This document shows positions 8,636 to 19,557 of a stretch of DNA of 64,000 nucleotides, one piece after another; within the stretch, counting starts at the first letter, position 1, and every line of letters begins with the position of its first letter. Below the pieces are notes generated by a model. That model saw nothing but the letters and a program-made list of their open reading frames with translations, made no database searches and was not told the DNA's origin. A program made the translations under genes and the position numbers. This stretch comes from Palaeococcus ferrophilus DSM 13482 (GTDB lineage: Archaea; Methanobacteriota_B; Thermococci; Thermococcales; Thermococcaceae). The DNA lies in NCBI RefSeq assembly GCF_000966265.1, contig NZ_LANF01000010.1, positions 1 through 64,000 on the forward strand, in the 5' to 3' direction.

Positions 8636-9424
8636 ATGGACCTACTGGAAGGAGTATTAATTTTTGCCTTTATTTGGGCGGGTCCCTCGGCCCTTCTGTC
8701 GGCGTGGCTTAGGACAAAATTTGCCAAAGAGAGCGCTTTAAGGGCATTCCTCGGCTCGTTGGTTATAATTACAGGTTTCATATTCGCCGTGATAGGAGTA
8801 AATGGGCTGTACTCAAAGTTTTACAGTGATGCGCTGATGGGAACTGTTCTGACAGTGTACTTTCCCCTCGCCGGAATCGTATGGGTTGGAATAGAACACC
8901 TACGAGGATACAACTTACCGCGCGCCCAGATCCTAGCAAAACTCAGCTTCCCCCTGCTGGGCGCGGTCATGGTGGGAGCGGGGGAGATATCATGGTTTAT
9001 TATGCTCCCCGTTTCATTTTTCCTTCTGGTTCTCACAATAACAATCCCAGAATTTTATTGGCCTATCGTAAGACTACTTCTTAAAAAAGTCCTGGGAATC
9101 CCCCTGAAGAAAAATCTCGGGGTTGAGCTCCTGCTAACGGTCGTTGGGTTTATTTCCGGAAGATTCGCCCGCTTTTTCCTGTTGAGAATTCTCCCAGGTC
9201 TAATGCTGTCCTCGGAAATTGGAAGTCTGCTAATATTTTCAATCATCCCGTATCTCATTATAGGCTTCTTGGATAGTCTCTTTAATTTCAAACTAAGATC
9301 AATGAATAGGGAGATAAGTTTGGAAAAGAGAGTGCTTCTCGTCACGGTATCCCTATACCTTTCGCTCGCGTTCGTAGGTTATATGTTCGTAGCATGGTAC
9401 ATCGGACTCAACGATGGAACATAA
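8636..9424 (+). CDS. Hypothetical polytopic membrane protein
   Basis: 262 aa with about 7 hydrophobic helices, preceded by a very AT-rich intergenic region (8440..8635). Confidence 0.5.
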   Translation: MDLLEGVLIFAFIWAGPSALLSAWLRTKFAKESALRAFLGSLVIITGFIFAVIGVNGLYSKFYSDALMGTVLTVYFPLAGIVWVGIEHLRGYNLPRAQILAKLSFPLLGAVMVGAGEISWFIMLPVSFFLLVLTITIPEFYWPIVRLLLKKVLGIPLKKNLGVELLLTVVGFISGRFARFFLLRILPGLMLSSEIGSLLIFSIIPYLIIGFLDSLFNFKLRSMNREISLEKRVLLVTVSLYLSLAFVGYMFVAWYIGLNDGT

Positions 9425-9449
9425 AAGCCAAAAAAGAGAAGAATAGGCT

Positions 9450-10637
9450 TCACTTCAAAAAGCCCGTCTTCTTTCCGAGGTCCTCGAAGGCGTCGAGCAC
9501 GTACTGGAGGTCCTCCTTGCTGTGGCCGGCGGAAGGTTCGAGCCTTATGCGGGCAGTTCCGAGCGGGACGGTTGGATAGACGATCGCCTGGGCGAAGATG
9601 TTGTACTCCTCGTATAAGCGCCTTGAGAACTCCTGGGCGCGCTTCTCGTCGTAGAGCATGACCGGCGTGATCGGGTGCTTGGTTCCTCCGAGGTCGTAGC
9701 CGAGCTCTCTCAAGCCGTTCTGGAGGAAGTGGGTGTTGTCCCAGAGCTTCCTGACGAGCTCGTCGCTCCTCTGGAGGATCTCAACGGCCGCTATAGCCGC
9801 TGCAACATCAGGCGGGTTGGGCGCGCTTGAGAAGAGGAACGGCCTGGCCCTCTGGCGGAGGTAGTCAATGGCCTCCTCTGGACCGGCAACGTAGCCGCCT
9901 ATGACACCGAAGGCCTTGCTTAGGGTTCCCATCTCGAAGTCAACCCTGTCGTGGAGGTTGAAGTGGTCAACGATACCTCTACCGCTGTCACCGAGGACAC
10001 CCTCACCGTGGGCGTCGTCAATGTAGATTATCGCGTCGTACTGTTCCGCTAACTCGGCCATCTCCGGGAGCTTCGCGAGGTCACCGTCCATCGAGAAGAC
10101 GCCATCACTCACGATGATTTTCTTCTTCTTGTCCTTGTTCTCCTTAAGCCTCTTCTCGAGGTCCTCCATGTCGAGGTGCTTGTAGATAACCTTTGGCGCC
10201 CCACTGAGGCGCATTCCGTCTATGATGCTCGCGTGGTTGAGCTCCTCACTTATGAAGACTCCATCCTCACCCTTCTTGAGGAGCGCGCTTATAGCTCCAA
10301 GGTTGGCGTTGTAGCCGCTCTGGAGAAGAATGGCCGCTTCGCGCTTCTTGAACTTGGCCAACTTCTCCTCGAGCTCCACGTGGAGCTCCATCGTTCCGGC
10401 GATAGTCCTGACGGCCCCCGCTCCAACACCGTAGTCGAGAATGGCCCTTATGGCCGCGTACCTTATCTCGGGATGGGCGGCCAAGCCGAGGTAGTTGTTC
10501 GAGCACATGTTGAGGACCTTCTTGCCGTCAACGACGACCCACGGGCCCTGGGCGCTTTCGAGCTTCCTTATGGTCACGTAGAGCCCCTTGTCCTTAAGCT
10601 CCTGGAGCTCTTCCCTAATCCAGTCCAGTTTCGCCAT
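9450..10637 (-). CDS. kbl: 2-amino-3-ketobutyrate CoA ligase (glycine C-acetyltransferase), PLP-dependent
   Basis: 395 aa. Class-II aminotransferase / alpha-oxoamine synthase motifs (GTLSKAFG lysine region, SNNYLGL). Start at MAKLDW with a GGTGG ribosome-binding site. Confidence 0.85.
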   Translation of the reverse strand: MAKLDWIREELQELKDKGLYVTIRKLESAQGPWVVVDGKKVLNMCSNNYLGLAAHPEIRYAAIRAILDYGVGAGAVRTIAGTMELHVELEEKLAKFKKREAAILLQSGYNANLGAISALLKKGEDGVFISEELNHASIIDGMRLSGAPKVIYKHLDMEDLEKRLKENKDKKKKIIVSDGVFSMDGDLAKLPEMAELAEQYDAIIYIDDAHGEGVLGDSGRGIVDHFNLHDRVDFEMGTLSKAFGVIGGYVAGPEEAIDYLRQRARPFLFSSAPNPPDVAAAIAAVEILQRSDELVRKLWDNTHFLQNGLRELGYDLGGTKHPITPVMLYDEKRAQEFSRRLYEEYNIFAQAIVYPTVPLGTARIRLEPSAGHSKEDLQYVLDAFEDLGKKTGFLK

Positions 10638-10772
10638 GAGAACCACCGGGTAAACTAACGTTTTATGAGTATAAAAGGATTAAGCCATACTCATTCATAG
10701 GAATCCCGGAAATTTTGAAAAAATGACAATCAGAACGCCGAATGAATAAATGATGGACAAAGAGAAAACCTG

Positions 10773-12638
10773 TCACTCGAGTTGGAACGGGGAGATATAA
10801 TCCCCGTACTTCTCCCTGGCCCCAAGGAGCCTCTGTCTTTCCTCCTCAAGGACATTGAACAGCTCCTCGGGAACGTCCTCAAGCTTCCTGTAGATTTCCT
10901 CGATTCTGTCTATCTTCGCTAACAGCTCCGGAACCCTTATCTTGAACTGCATCTCGTAGTCATCCTTAGTATACTCCTTGTTGAGAACCTCTTTGAAGAG
11001 CCTAGCGAGATCCTTGTACTTCGGAATGTAGCCAATTGGGGTTTCTATTGCATCAACGTCTCCGTGCACGCGAAGCTCCATCCACTTGAGCCAGACAGCT
11101 TTGTCGAGTTTGTGGTTGAGCCACTCGCCGTTCTCGCGGAGGAAGTAGTTAACGGCAAATATCTTCGGCGTCTTTCTAACGCGCTTCTCGAAGTCGAGGT
11201 AGTTCCTTATGTAGTCGCCGAGGTGAACGCTCATGAAGTCGAGGATGGCCATCGGGTTGAAGGCCCTAACCCCCTCCTTGCCGAGGGTTGCCGCGGTGGT
11301 CTCGCTCTCAAGCGAGGCGCCCATCGTTATAACACCGTGCTTCCAGTCGAACGCTTCTCTCACCGGCGGCCAGGTGTCGGCATCTCTGCCTCCGAATATC
11401 ATGCCGCCAATCTCAACGCCGCACGGGTTCTCAAGGGCCTCGAGGTCGGCGTTGGGGAAGTGTTCGAGCGAAACGGTAAAGCGCGCGTTCTTGTGGCTCG
11501 GCGGTATCTCGTTGCCCTCTTTGTCTTTTTTTCCGCGCCACCACTTTCCGCTGTGGTTCTCGCCCTCGTCGGGGATTGGAACACCCATGTCGTTCCAGTA
11601 GGGCTTTCCGTCCTTGACGAGGACGTTCGAAAAGATTATCTCGACGGGGGAGTGAAGAATCCCCCAGATTATGGGGTCGTCCTCCGGATTCACACCCTGA
11701 ATGATTCCAAAGACTCCCTTCTCGACGTTCGCCCCCCTCGCTACCCCGTTCACGGGAAGGGTGAACGTTAGGTCGTCGCCCACTATGTTCTCCCAGCTTA
11801 TCATGGCAGTTGAGGTCTTTCCGCACATGCTCGGGTAGGCTCCGGTGAAGTAGGTCTTCCTGCCGTGCGGGCCGTTAACCCTCATCAGAAACATGTGCTC
11901 GCTTAGCCAGCCCTCTTCAACCGCCCTCTTGATCGTAAGGCGGAATGCAAGCTTCTTCAAGCCAATCGTGTTGCCGCCGTACTGGGTGTTGACGGAGTAA
12001 ACGGTTTCATCCTCGAGGTCTATGTATATCCTCCTATCCTCGAGGTTCTTGCTTGTCTTCCTCTCGTCGAGCTCTCCAGCTGAGTGTACAAAGCGGAAGA
12101 ACCTCGCGCTCCTGCCCAAGCGCTTGAACTCCTCGTAGCCCTTTCTGTAGAGGATGAACTCTGAATGAGCCACATAAGCCGAATCGGTGAGCTGAACTGC
12201 GGGAATCGTGAATATCGAGTTTTTCGGCCCGAGAACGAAGAAGCAGACAAACAGTTCTTTGCCCTTCATAACGCCCCTCATCAGCTCGCGTATCTCCCTA
12301 AGGCCCTCATCGCGGTCCTTTGTGTTGATGTAGGGGAGCTTCTTCCCGCCGGGGGTGAGGATGGCGGTGTTCGCTTTATCCCTTGCCTGGTCGTAGTAGT
12401 TGTCGTAGTGAACGGTGTGGTTGAGGGTCTCGAGCATCTTTTCCTCCCCGTAGTAGAGGGCCTTCCACCTAACGTAGGCCTCGTCCTCTTCCCTATCGGT
12501 GCAGACGAAGACCCTATCTGGTTCTAACCACTCAATCCATTCGGCTAAAAAAGCGTGAAGCTCGGGATTGTCTATGGCCTTAACCTTCTCGAACTGCTCC
12601 GGTTCAAGGAGTTCCTCAAGCTTTTCGAGAGCGTTCAT
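10773..12638 (-). CDS. pckG: GTP-dependent phosphoenolpyruvate carboxykinase
   Basis: 621 aa. GTP-PEPCK signature regions (YPSMCGKTS kinase-1a, FGGRDADTWPP). Start at MNALEK behind a GGTGGTGA ribosome-binding site. Confidence 0.9.
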   Translation of the reverse strand: MNALEKLEELLEPEQFEKVKAIDNPELHAFLAEWIEWLEPDRVFVCTDREEDEAYVRWKALYYGEEKMLETLNHTVHYDNYYDQARDKANTAILTPGGKKLPYINTKDRDEGLREIRELMRGVMKGKELFVCFFVLGPKNSIFTIPAVQLTDSAYVAHSEFILYRKGYEEFKRLGRSARFFRFVHSAGELDERKTSKNLEDRRIYIDLEDETVYSVNTQYGGNTIGLKKLAFRLTIKRAVEEGWLSEHMFLMRVNGPHGRKTYFTGAYPSMCGKTSTAMISWENIVGDDLTFTLPVNGVARGANVEKGVFGIIQGVNPEDDPIIWGILHSPVEIIFSNVLVKDGKPYWNDMGVPIPDEGENHSGKWWRGKKDKEGNEIPPSHKNARFTVSLEHFPNADLEALENPCGVEIGGMIFGGRDADTWPPVREAFDWKHGVITMGASLESETTAATLGKEGVRAFNPMAILDFMSVHLGDYIRNYLDFEKRVRKTPKIFAVNYFLRENGEWLNHKLDKAVWLKWMELRVHGDVDAIETPIGYIPKYKDLARLFKEVLNKEYTKDDYEMQFKIRVPELLAKIDRIEEIYRKLEDVPEELFNVLEEERQRLLGAREKYGDYISPFQLE

Positions 12639-12804
12639 GATCACCACCACCTTGGGGTGGCAGTTTCCCCTTAAGAGGTTTATCCTTTTTTCGCCATAAT
12701 GACAGGAAAAAGGGAGTTATCGGCCATTTTGTCGTCAGAACATCAAACAAAAGCTGGATGAATTGTCATTGTGCCCCAAAACAAAATGGAGGATGAAAGA
12801 AAAG

Positions 12805-13854
12805 TCATTCTTTGGGGAAGAACACGACCTTACCCGTCTTCCCAGCGCGCATGAGCTCGAAGGCCTCCTCGAAGTCGTCGAAGCCCCTGTACTTGTGGGT
12901 GATTATGGGGTCGAGGTTGAGCTTGCCGCTCTGGATGAGCCTCGAGACGGTTATCCACGTGTTCCATATGTGCCTTCCAGTTATGCCGTGAACCTCGAGG
13001 GCCTTGAATATCACGAGGTTGTTGATGTCAAAGGTTACCTCCCTCGGGAAGAGGCCGAGGAGTGAAACCCTCCCCGCGGGGGTTACCGCCTTGAGGCCCT
13101 GCTCAAGTGCCTTCGGCGCCCCACTGAACTCGAGGAAGACGTCCACACCCTTGCCGTCGGTGACGTCCATAACGAACTTCACGGGGTCCTCCTCTATGGG
13201 GTTCACCACGTAGTCAGCACCCACCTTCTTGGCCAGTTCCCTCCTGAACTCGCTCGGCTCGCTGACGATGACCGGATAAGCGCCGCTCGCCTTGGCCACG
13301 GTTATTCCAAGGAGGCCCAGTGGGCCTGCTCCTGTTATTAGGGTGCTCCTTCCGGCAATCGGGCCCGAGAGAACGGTATCAACCGCGTTTCCAAGGGGCT
13401 CCTGGAGGGTCGCGTACTCGGGCTTCATGCCCTTGGGGTTCTTCCATGCGTTCTGGGCTGGCACTATGGCGTAGGTGGCGAAGACGCCGTCCATGTCCAC
13501 ACCGAATATCTTCGTGTTCTGGCAGACGTGGTACTGGCCGCGCTGGCACGCGTAGCACTTGCCGCACACTATATGGGTCTCGGCGCTTATGTAGTCACCA
13601 ACCTCGAGTGTGTCAACGCCAGGGCCGACTTCAACGACCTCTCCGGCAACCTCGTGCCCCATTATCTGGGGCGGCTTAATCCTGCTCTGGGCCCACTCGT
13701 TCCACTCGTAGATGTGGAGGTCGGTTCCGCAGATGCTGGTCGCGAGAACCCTTATGAGAACCTCCCCAGGCCCGGGCTTTGGAACGTCAACCTCAACAAG
13801 CTCGGCACCGTAAGCGGGCTTAGTCTTAACGATTGCGGGCATCTTCTCAGCCAT
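12805..13854 (-). CDS. tdh: L-threonine 3-dehydrogenase (zinc-dependent MDR family)
   Basis: 350 aa. [12 protein letters not shown] zinc-ADH motif, structural-zinc Cys cluster [24 protein letters not shown] Rossmann motif. Start at MAEKMP; the 47-codon upstream extension in the track is rejected. Confidence 0.9.
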   Translation of the reverse strand: MAEKMPAIVKTKPAYGAELVEVDVPKPGPGEVLIRVLATSICGTDLHIYEWNEWAQSRIKPPQIMGHEVAGEVVEVGPGVDTLEVGDYISAETHIVCGKCYACQRGQYHVCQNTKIFGVDMDGVFATYAIVPAQNAWKNPKGMKPEYATLQEPLGNAVDTVLSGPIAGRSTLITGAGPLGLLGITVAKASGAYPVIVSEPSEFRRELAKKVGADYVVNPIEEDPVKFVMDVTDGKGVDVFLEFSGAPKALEQGLKAVTPAGRVSLLGLFPREVTFDINNLVIFKALEVHGITGRHIWNTWITVSRLIQSGKLNLDPIITHKYRGFDDFEEAFELMRAGKTGKVVFFPKE

Positions 13855-13982
13855 AGTTATCATCTCCGTAAAACGATTACATGAGTATCTAAACGCAAGC
13901 CGATTTAAACTTTTTGTGAGGGAAAAGGTCATATACCCGGGACATGAAACCTCCACGGGAAGGGAATGGAGTGGTGGTGACG

Positions 13983-14690
13983 ATGGAGCTTTATTCATCC
14001 GAGAAGTTCAAGCCTGAAGAGCTCGCTCTCATAGGCAGGGCCATCGGAACAGTGGTTCACGGCACGCTGATAGTCGGGAGGGACGGGCGCTCGATATCCC
14101 GCTACGGTAAAAGGGCGATGACCGTGGGGATCCTCAGCGCCGGAACCACCGCCATGGACGTAAGACTCATCCCGCTTGTCGTGCTCAAGGATTTCGCCCA
14201 CATGAAGGGGCTCCCTCTGGCGTACGTTTACTACAACGACGGTGTTAGGGTGGAGATAAGCGGAATGGATCTGGACGAGGTCAAGGCCATCCTCGACACC
14301 AAGAACTTCGTCGAGGCACAGCCCAACGACATAGGCGCCACCGTGTACTACCCCAACGCCCTCGACGACTTTCTCCATGACCTGTTCAGGTATTACAAGT
14401 TCACCGTGGACGGGAAGGTTCTCGTGGACTGCATGAACACTCCAGCGGTACTCCTCTTCCCGAGGCTTAGCGAGCACTTCGGCTTTGAGGCGGACGTGAT
14501 AAACGACATGATGACGAGCTACGTGCCGCCCAAGCCAAAGGAGGTCTTTCTCCAGAGGCTCAAGAAGGGAGACTATCGCTTTGGGCTCCGCTTCAAGCCG
14601 GAGGGCATTATAGAGTTCTACGGGAGCGAGAAAAAGGTCTTCACGAGCACCTGGAAGCTCTTTGACTATCTAAAGTCTATTTTCGGGTGA
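13983..14690 (+). CDS. Conserved hypothetical protein
   Basis: 235 aa, GGTGGTGA ribosome-binding site before ATG 13983. Divergent from tdh. No domain recognised. Confidence 0.5.
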   Translation: MELYSSEKFKPEELALIGRAIGTVVHGTLIVGRDGRSISRYGKRAMTVGILSAGTTAMDVRLIPLVVLKDFAHMKGLPLAYVYYNDGVRVEISGMDLDEVKAILDTKNFVEAQPNDIGATVYYPNALDDFLHDLFRYYKFTVDGKVLVDCMNTPAVLLFPRLSEHFGFEADVINDMMTSYVPPKPKEVFLQRLKKGDYRFGLRFKPEGIIEFYGSEKKVFTSTWKLFDYLKSIFG

Positions 14691-14780
14691 AACTTCCCCC
14701 TTTTTACAAGTTCCTGACTAAAAGGATTTAAAAGTCCAAGGCCTATCTTTTGATATCCCTTTGATTCTGGAGGTGTAGTG

Positions 14781-15431
14781 ATGTTCTTCATAGTGCTTGA
14801 GGGCATAGACGGGGCGGGTAAATCAACGCAGGCAAAGCTTCTAGCGAAGTGGTTTAACAAGAGGGGCTACGAAGTTGTTCTGACAAAGGAACCCACGGAC
14901 ACAGCATTTGGAAAGCTGATAAGAAAGCTCGTACTGACGGGTGGAAAGGAGGGAATTATAGACGGGGCTCGAATAAGTCACGAGGCGGAGGCCCTTCTAT
15001 TCGCCGCCGACAGGGCCGAACACGTCAAAAAGCTCATAAAGCCGTCACTCGAGGCAGGCAAGGTCGTCATCTCCGATAGGTATTTCTATTCGTCGCTCGC
15101 CTACCAGTGGGCGAGGGGCCTCGACCTCGACTGGCTCATAGACCTCAACCGCTTTGCGATAAGGCCGCACCTCACCATCCTCCTCGACCTTCCCGTTAAG
15201 GAGAGCATGAAGCGTATAAACGGAAGGAGCATAAAGACGGAGTTCGATAAGATAGCGGAACTCCAGAGAAAGGTGCGCGAGAACTACCTCACGCTCGCAA
15301 AGCGCTTCGAGGAGGTCAGGATAATAAACGCCCTCGCGAGCGTTGAGGACATCCACAGGGACATTGTATCCCTCGTTGAACACGAACTTTTGAACAAAGG
15401 TGCGATGATGAGCGTTAGCCACGCGGATTGA
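14781..15431 (+). CDS. tmk: Thymidylate (dTMP) kinase
   Basis: P-loop [12 protein letters not shown] motif (SDRYFYSS). 216 aa. Confidence 0.9.
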   Translation: MFFIVLEGIDGAGKSTQAKLLAKWFNKRGYEVVLTKEPTDTAFGKLIRKLVLTGGKEGIIDGARISHEAEALLFAADRAEHVKKLIKPSLEAGKVVISDRYFYSSLAYQWARGLDLDWLIDLNRFAIRPHLTILLDLPVKESMKRINGRSIKTEFDKIAELQRKVRENYLTLAKRFEEVRIINALASVEDIHRDIVSLVEHELLNKGAMMSVSHAD

Positions 15432-15497
15432 TGACGATAAGAGGGTTAACTGAGCACTCCTTCTATTTTTGCTTTTATTTTGCAGAACCGCTCTTTC

Positions 15498-15575
15498 TGG
15501 TGGGGCCGCCGAGATTCGAACTCGGGTCACGGGCTCCCAAAGCCCGCAGGATAGACCAAGCTACCCCACGGCCCC
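15498..15575 (-). tRNA. tRNA-Pro (anticodon TGG), CCA encoded
   Basis: Minus-strand sequence GGGGCCGTGGGGTAGCTTGGTCTATCCTGCGGGCTTTGGGAGCCCGTGACCCGAGTTCGAATCTCGGCGGCCCCACCA. 7-bp acceptor stem, anticodon stem CGGGC/GCCCG with loop TTTGGGA, T-loop TTCGAAT. Confidence 0.85.
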
Positions 15576-15922
15576 ATGCGACAAACAACATACCACTTCA
15601 GCCATCACGGTGTTTGAGCCTTTCACGGCGCTCAGCGCCGTGTAATAATGCCCCATCTGTCCCCCCCCGTGTGGCCACACCGACCAGCATATAGTCATCA
15701 CCAAGCCCACCTTAAAAATCTTATGCTCCAATAAACCCGTTTAACAGACATAACAAACTTGGCCCCCCGGTCAGACCTCCTTGATAAGGGAAGTTGCCCC
15801 CTGGGTAAATCCACATGCTCGCTTTTTAGTAACCCCTTCAAGTGGGAGTAGTTATCAATTCAAAAAAACTTAATATTTTCAAGTCCCAATACAAAATAAT
15901 TGGTTTCCCTGGAGGGGAGGTT

Positions 15923-18900
15923 ATGAGCCAGAGAATATTTATCCTGCTGTTCCTTGTTACAATTCTATTTGGAAGCAATGTCCCGCGTTTAGGGATGGCT
16001 TCGCCGGAAGGGGGCGTACGCTACGTTATCACAATTGACAACACCAGTGAAGTCCTTACAGTTGAAGCGTACTTCTCAGGTGTTGATGACTCACAGCTAA
16101 CCTTCACACTTCGCGCGGCAGACTACTTTGAAAGGAAAGGAGTGCCATTAACCGTCACATTGCTGGAGACCGACGGTAATGTTTTGGAGAAGGAGAAGTA
16201 TGGATGGACAATACAACCAAATGGGGATTCCGTGTACCTGAAATACAAAATCGAGGGGTATACTCTGGAGAGAATAGCAGGGGTTCCAGGGGATATCAAA
16301 CATAGCGGAGTCAGTACCACAATGGCCATACTTAACATGGAGGCGATACTTGCCGTCCCGTACGACAAAAGGAGCTACCGGCTCATAGATGAATACTTAA
16401 GAAAACCTGCCACTGTAGAGTTCAATATACCCGATAACTGGGAGACTTTTGCTCCCTTCCACGTGAGCAGTTCGAACGTGATCAGAGTGAACATGGTTTA
16501 TGACATCCTGCGATCCTTCATTGAAATGGGAGAAGTTTCGATTAAGTACACCGGAGAATTTTATGGAGTTAAAACAAATTATGTGCTCTTCAAACGCCCC
16601 AACCTCCCGAGAAACGCCCCCAATAGGCCCGCTCAAATGCCGTATTTGTTTAGTGATATGGACAGGAGAAAAGAGGCGGAGAGATTAATGCGGGATACTG
16701 CACACCACTTCCACGTGCTCTCTCAACTTCTTGATTACGTCCCCGCCGAAGAGATAACAATTACGCCAGCGGCCAGCGGTTGGATCTATGGAAGAGGTTG
16801 GTGGCAGATAGATGATGGGTTTAGGCAGGATCAAATTGCCCATCATGTTGTCCACGAGTGGTGTCCTCCAGTAATTATCATATCACAGTCCCTGAATGGT
16901 GCGACATGGGTTTTCTGTGAGGGGCCTGCCGTGTATTATGGGTTCAAACTGGCATATAATTACACTCACGATAGGCGATTTTTGGGAAAATACTATGCGT
17001 TGTACCTTATGTACAAAAGAGGGATTCAAGAGAGGCTTAGTAGTGGGAATGATCCCCTCTACCAGCCTACGTTAAGTTATGGGTATACCCCACTACTGCT
17101 CTGGTATTTTGATGAAGAGATCAGGAAGCAAACCGATAACCAGAGCAGTCTGGATACGGTATTTCGGTATCTAGTCCGCACTCCTTACAAGGACATAAAC
17201 GTTGACGAGTTCATTACGGCCATCAAAGAGTCAACGGGGGTGGATTTTTCCGAATTCTATTACAACCATGCAATAGTTGATTTTAGCCTGCCGCTGGACG
17301 CCTACGCCGAGAAATACAGGGACGATTTCGCCTACTTGCTTGACTTTCAGAGAAAAAACAATGAGGCCCCAGATATCCTGTATTATGCGCTCCTCGAAAT
17401 GGAAGCAAAGTATGGAAACCCAGACTTGATGCCAATTCTGCCCCACTCTTATCTAAAAGGGGACTACCTAGTAACGGGCCCAAGGTATCTCAGCTTCATA
17501 AGGGAGCTAGCAAGCAATTATCCTTTAACGGAGTCCAAGTTCGTTGAGATATTGAACAAGTACACGGAGGGCAGATCCTCTGATTTCTTCGAGTTCTACA
17601 CCAAATACGGCCCACGGCCGCCCAGTATAGAGTCGCTCAACCTGTGGATTACCGGGGACTACAGCAGGCTCGTCCGGAAAAGCGTGTACATTGACACTCT
17701 GATCAATAGGCTGGCCCGAGTAGTGCCAAAAGACTCCGAGTACTACAATCTCCTCGCAACTGCAAATTCAAGTTATCTGAGGGGAATAGCGTTCCTCGAC
17801 ACCAATAAGTTCAACGAGGCGGAGGAAAAGTTTAACGAGAGTATCCGAGCCCTCGACGAGTTATATGCCTTAGATTTGGACAACGACGGTGCTAGAGACG
17901 TTTCAAAGTTGTTCCTTGGACTCAGCACAGCCTCCCATGACTCCGATGGGGACGGAACTCCCGATAAGGACGAGGTTGCAGGGAAGTTCTCGGTGGATGG
18001 TGTTGGGGACGAGTGGGAGGGTCATGGGGTGGCGAAAAGGCTTAGCGTAACGTGGGGTTCCAGGGAGTACGTTAAGGACGCGAGGCTCTACAGGGACGGC
18101 GCTTACATCTACGGAAAAATCGAGCTTTCAAAACCCGTTTACGATATCGAACGGTATGCCATCGTATTCCGTTTGGACTTTGACGGTGACTGGGGTACGT
18201 TTGATGATACGGTGTTCTTTCCATTGTTCACCGAGTTCTCCTTCTGGGGGACTGAATTCAATTATGGGGGGCCGTACTACACTTGGGGGTGCATGAACGA
18301 GTACGAGGTTATCCACAATAACACGATCGAGTTCAGGATCCCAGTAAAAACCGTCGAGGAGTACTACGACTATTTCTCATCATACATCCCCAACGTATCC
18401 TCTAGCATCCCTGCATCTATTGTGTTTGTCAAATTGGACGCCTATCTGAATACCGATTGGGGCAAAACCGCGGGGATGGATTTCAATTTGGAACTGAACC
18501 CAGCAACTCTTTCGATAACTTCAGACCCATCTGAAGCCGAAGTTTATGTCAATGGAGCTTATGGAGGGGTAACGCCGTTAACCCTAACCCTGGATCCGGG
18601 AACTTATCAGATAAAGCTCTCCAAGGAGGATTACGAGGACTACACAACCACAGTAACACTTAAGCCCGGTGAGAACAGGGAGCTCTCGGTGACTTTAACT
18701 CCTGCCTTTGGCCACTTGACGGTTTACTCCGACCCACCCGGAGCCGATGTTTATGTTGACGGGGCATTCGTTGGAGCAACACCGTTAGAGGATTATAAAC
18801 TCTCAACAGGGCAACACGAGTTGAAGGTCGTTAAGGAAGGCTACGAAGAATACTCCACGAACATTACGATAACAGCCGGAAAAACTTTCTCCACAACATC

Positions 18901-19168
18901 ACAACTAAAACCAATACCCACGACAACAACCACAACTTCCAAACCGATCCATACAACCACTACGACTACCACAACCCCTGCTCACACTTCAACTGCCACT
19001 GCACGAACCACTACCACCCCTCAAACAGTTTCATCTGAGGCCAGCAGCGTGCCCATGACAGATTCCAACCCAGAGCCAACAAACACCGAATCCACTGGCT
19101 CCATCTGTGGTCCGGGGGCCATCTTAAGTGCAGCAATACTGGCCCTAATGCTGAGAGGAAAGAAGTGA
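15923..19168 (+). CDS. Large secreted cell-surface protein with two PEGA domains, a Thr-rich linker and a C-terminal ICGPGA-TM-RGKK anchor
   Basis: 1081 aa from MSQRIF (GGAGGGGAGG ribosome-binding site); the track ORF is extended. Signal peptide. PEGA-like repeats (SDPSEAEVYVNGAYGGVTPL..., YSDPPGADVYVDGAFVGATPLEDY...). TTTTTSKPIHTTTTTTTTPAHTSTATARTTTTP linker. C-terminal hydrophobic segment plus basic tail. Confidence 0.75.
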   Translation: MSQRIFILLFLVTILFGSNVPRLGMASPEGGVRYVITIDNTSEVLTVEAYFSGVDDSQLTFTLRAADYFERKGVPLTVTLLETDGNVLEKEKYGWTIQPNGDSVYLKYKIEGYTLERIAGVPGDIKHSGVSTTMAILNMEAILAVPYDKRSYRLIDEYLRKPATVEFNIPDNWETFAPFHVSSSNVIRVNMVYDILRSFIEMGEVSIKYTGEFYGVKTNYVLFKRPNLPRNAPNRPAQMPYLFSDMDRRKEAERLMRDTAHHFHVLSQLLDYVPAEEITITPAASGWIYGRGWWQIDDGFRQDQIAHHVVHEWCPPVIIISQSLNGATWVFCEGPAVYYGFKLAYNYTHDRRFLGKYYALYLMYKRGIQERLSSGNDPLYQPTLSYGYTPLLLWYFDEEIRKQTDNQSSLDTVFRYLVRTPYKDINVDEFITAIKESTGVDFSEFYYNHAIVDFSLPLDAYAEKYRDDFAYLLDFQRKNNEAPDILYYALLEMEAKYGNPDLMPILPHSYLKGDYLVTGPRYLSFIRELASNYPLTESKFVEILNKYTEGRSSDFFEFYTKYGPRPPSIESLNLWITGDYSRLVRKSVYIDTLINRLARVVPKDSEYYNLLATANSSYLRGIAFLDTNKFNEAEEKFNESIRALDELYALDLDNDGARDVSKLFLGLSTASHDSDGDGTPDKDEVAGKFSVDGVGDEWEGHGVAKRLSVTWGSREYVKDARLYRDGAYIYGKIELSKPVYDIERYAIVFRLDFDGDWGTFDDTVFFPLFTEFSFWGTEFNYGGPYYTWGCMNEYEVIHNNTIEFRIPVKTVEEYYDYFSSYIPNVSSSIPASIVFVKLDAYLNTDWGKTAGMDFNLELNPATLSITSDPSEAEVYVNGAYGGVTPLTLTLDPGTYQIKLSKEDYEDYTTTVTLKPGENRELSVTLTPAFGHLTVYSDPPGADVYVDGAFVGATPLEDYKLSTGQHELKVVKEGYEEYSTNITITAGKTFSTTSQLKPIPTTTTTTSKPIHTTTTTTTTPAHTSTATARTTTTPQTVSSEASSVPMTDSNPEPTNTESTGSICGPGAILSAAILALMLRGKK
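18895..19025 (+). repeat. Low-complexity ACN-codon (Thr/Pro) tandem tract encoding the surface-protein linker
   Basis: Repeated acaaccac / accacc units. Confidence 0.5.
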
Positions 19169-19175
19169 GAGAGCT

Positions 19176-19192
19176 CTTGTTTTTTCTTTTTG
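19176..19192 (+). terminator. Oligo-T tract (ttgttttttcttttt) downstream of the surface-protein gene
   Basis: Archaeal intrinsic terminators are oligo-T runs; this one lies 8 nt after the stop. Confidence 0.4.
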
Positions 19193-19376
19193 AGTTATTT
19201 AACGGAAATGTGAGTGAACGTTCTTTCAAAAATTACTTCCTCCAGTGACCGGCATTATTAAGTGTGGAATTCTGTCCGGGGAAAAGAGCCCTACAAAAAT
19301 ATCCCCTTATTTTGGGGATGAAATGTTATCCTTTAGGAAACTCTCTTGATAAAACCCCCTTAACAAAAGTTTCTTG

Positions 19377-19453
19377 TGGAGCCCCGGGCGGGGTTTGAAC
19401 CCGCGACCTGCCGCTTACCAAGCGGCCGCTCCACCAGGCTGAGCCACCGGGGC
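19377..19453 (-). tRNA. tRNA-Thr (anticodon GGT), CCA encoded
   Basis: Minus-strand GCCCCGGTGGCTCAGCCTGGTGGAGCGGCCGCTTGGTAAGCGGCAGGTCGCGGGTTCAAACCCCGCCCGGGGCTCCA. All four stems pair; anticodon loop TTGGTAA. Confidence 0.85.
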
Positions 19454-19557
19454 ACGATTGAAAAAGTGTCGCGTTCGGTTTATAAAGCTTTCGCTTCGCT
19501 TGGGTGGGGCCCGCTTCGAAAAAGTTATAAACCCTCTCCGGCCTTACTCCATTGGGC

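Noticed and set aside
13855-13998. 47-codon upstream extension of the tdh ORF
   Set aside because: Threonine dehydrogenases begin MAEKMPA..., and that ATG has an appropriate upstream context. The extension would run into the divergent promoter region.
16860-16880. Possible HExxH zinc-protease motif in the 1081-aa surface protein (HHVVHEW)
   Set aside because: The spacing is H-x3-H-E, not HExxH. No supporting downstream Glu or His ligand was identified.
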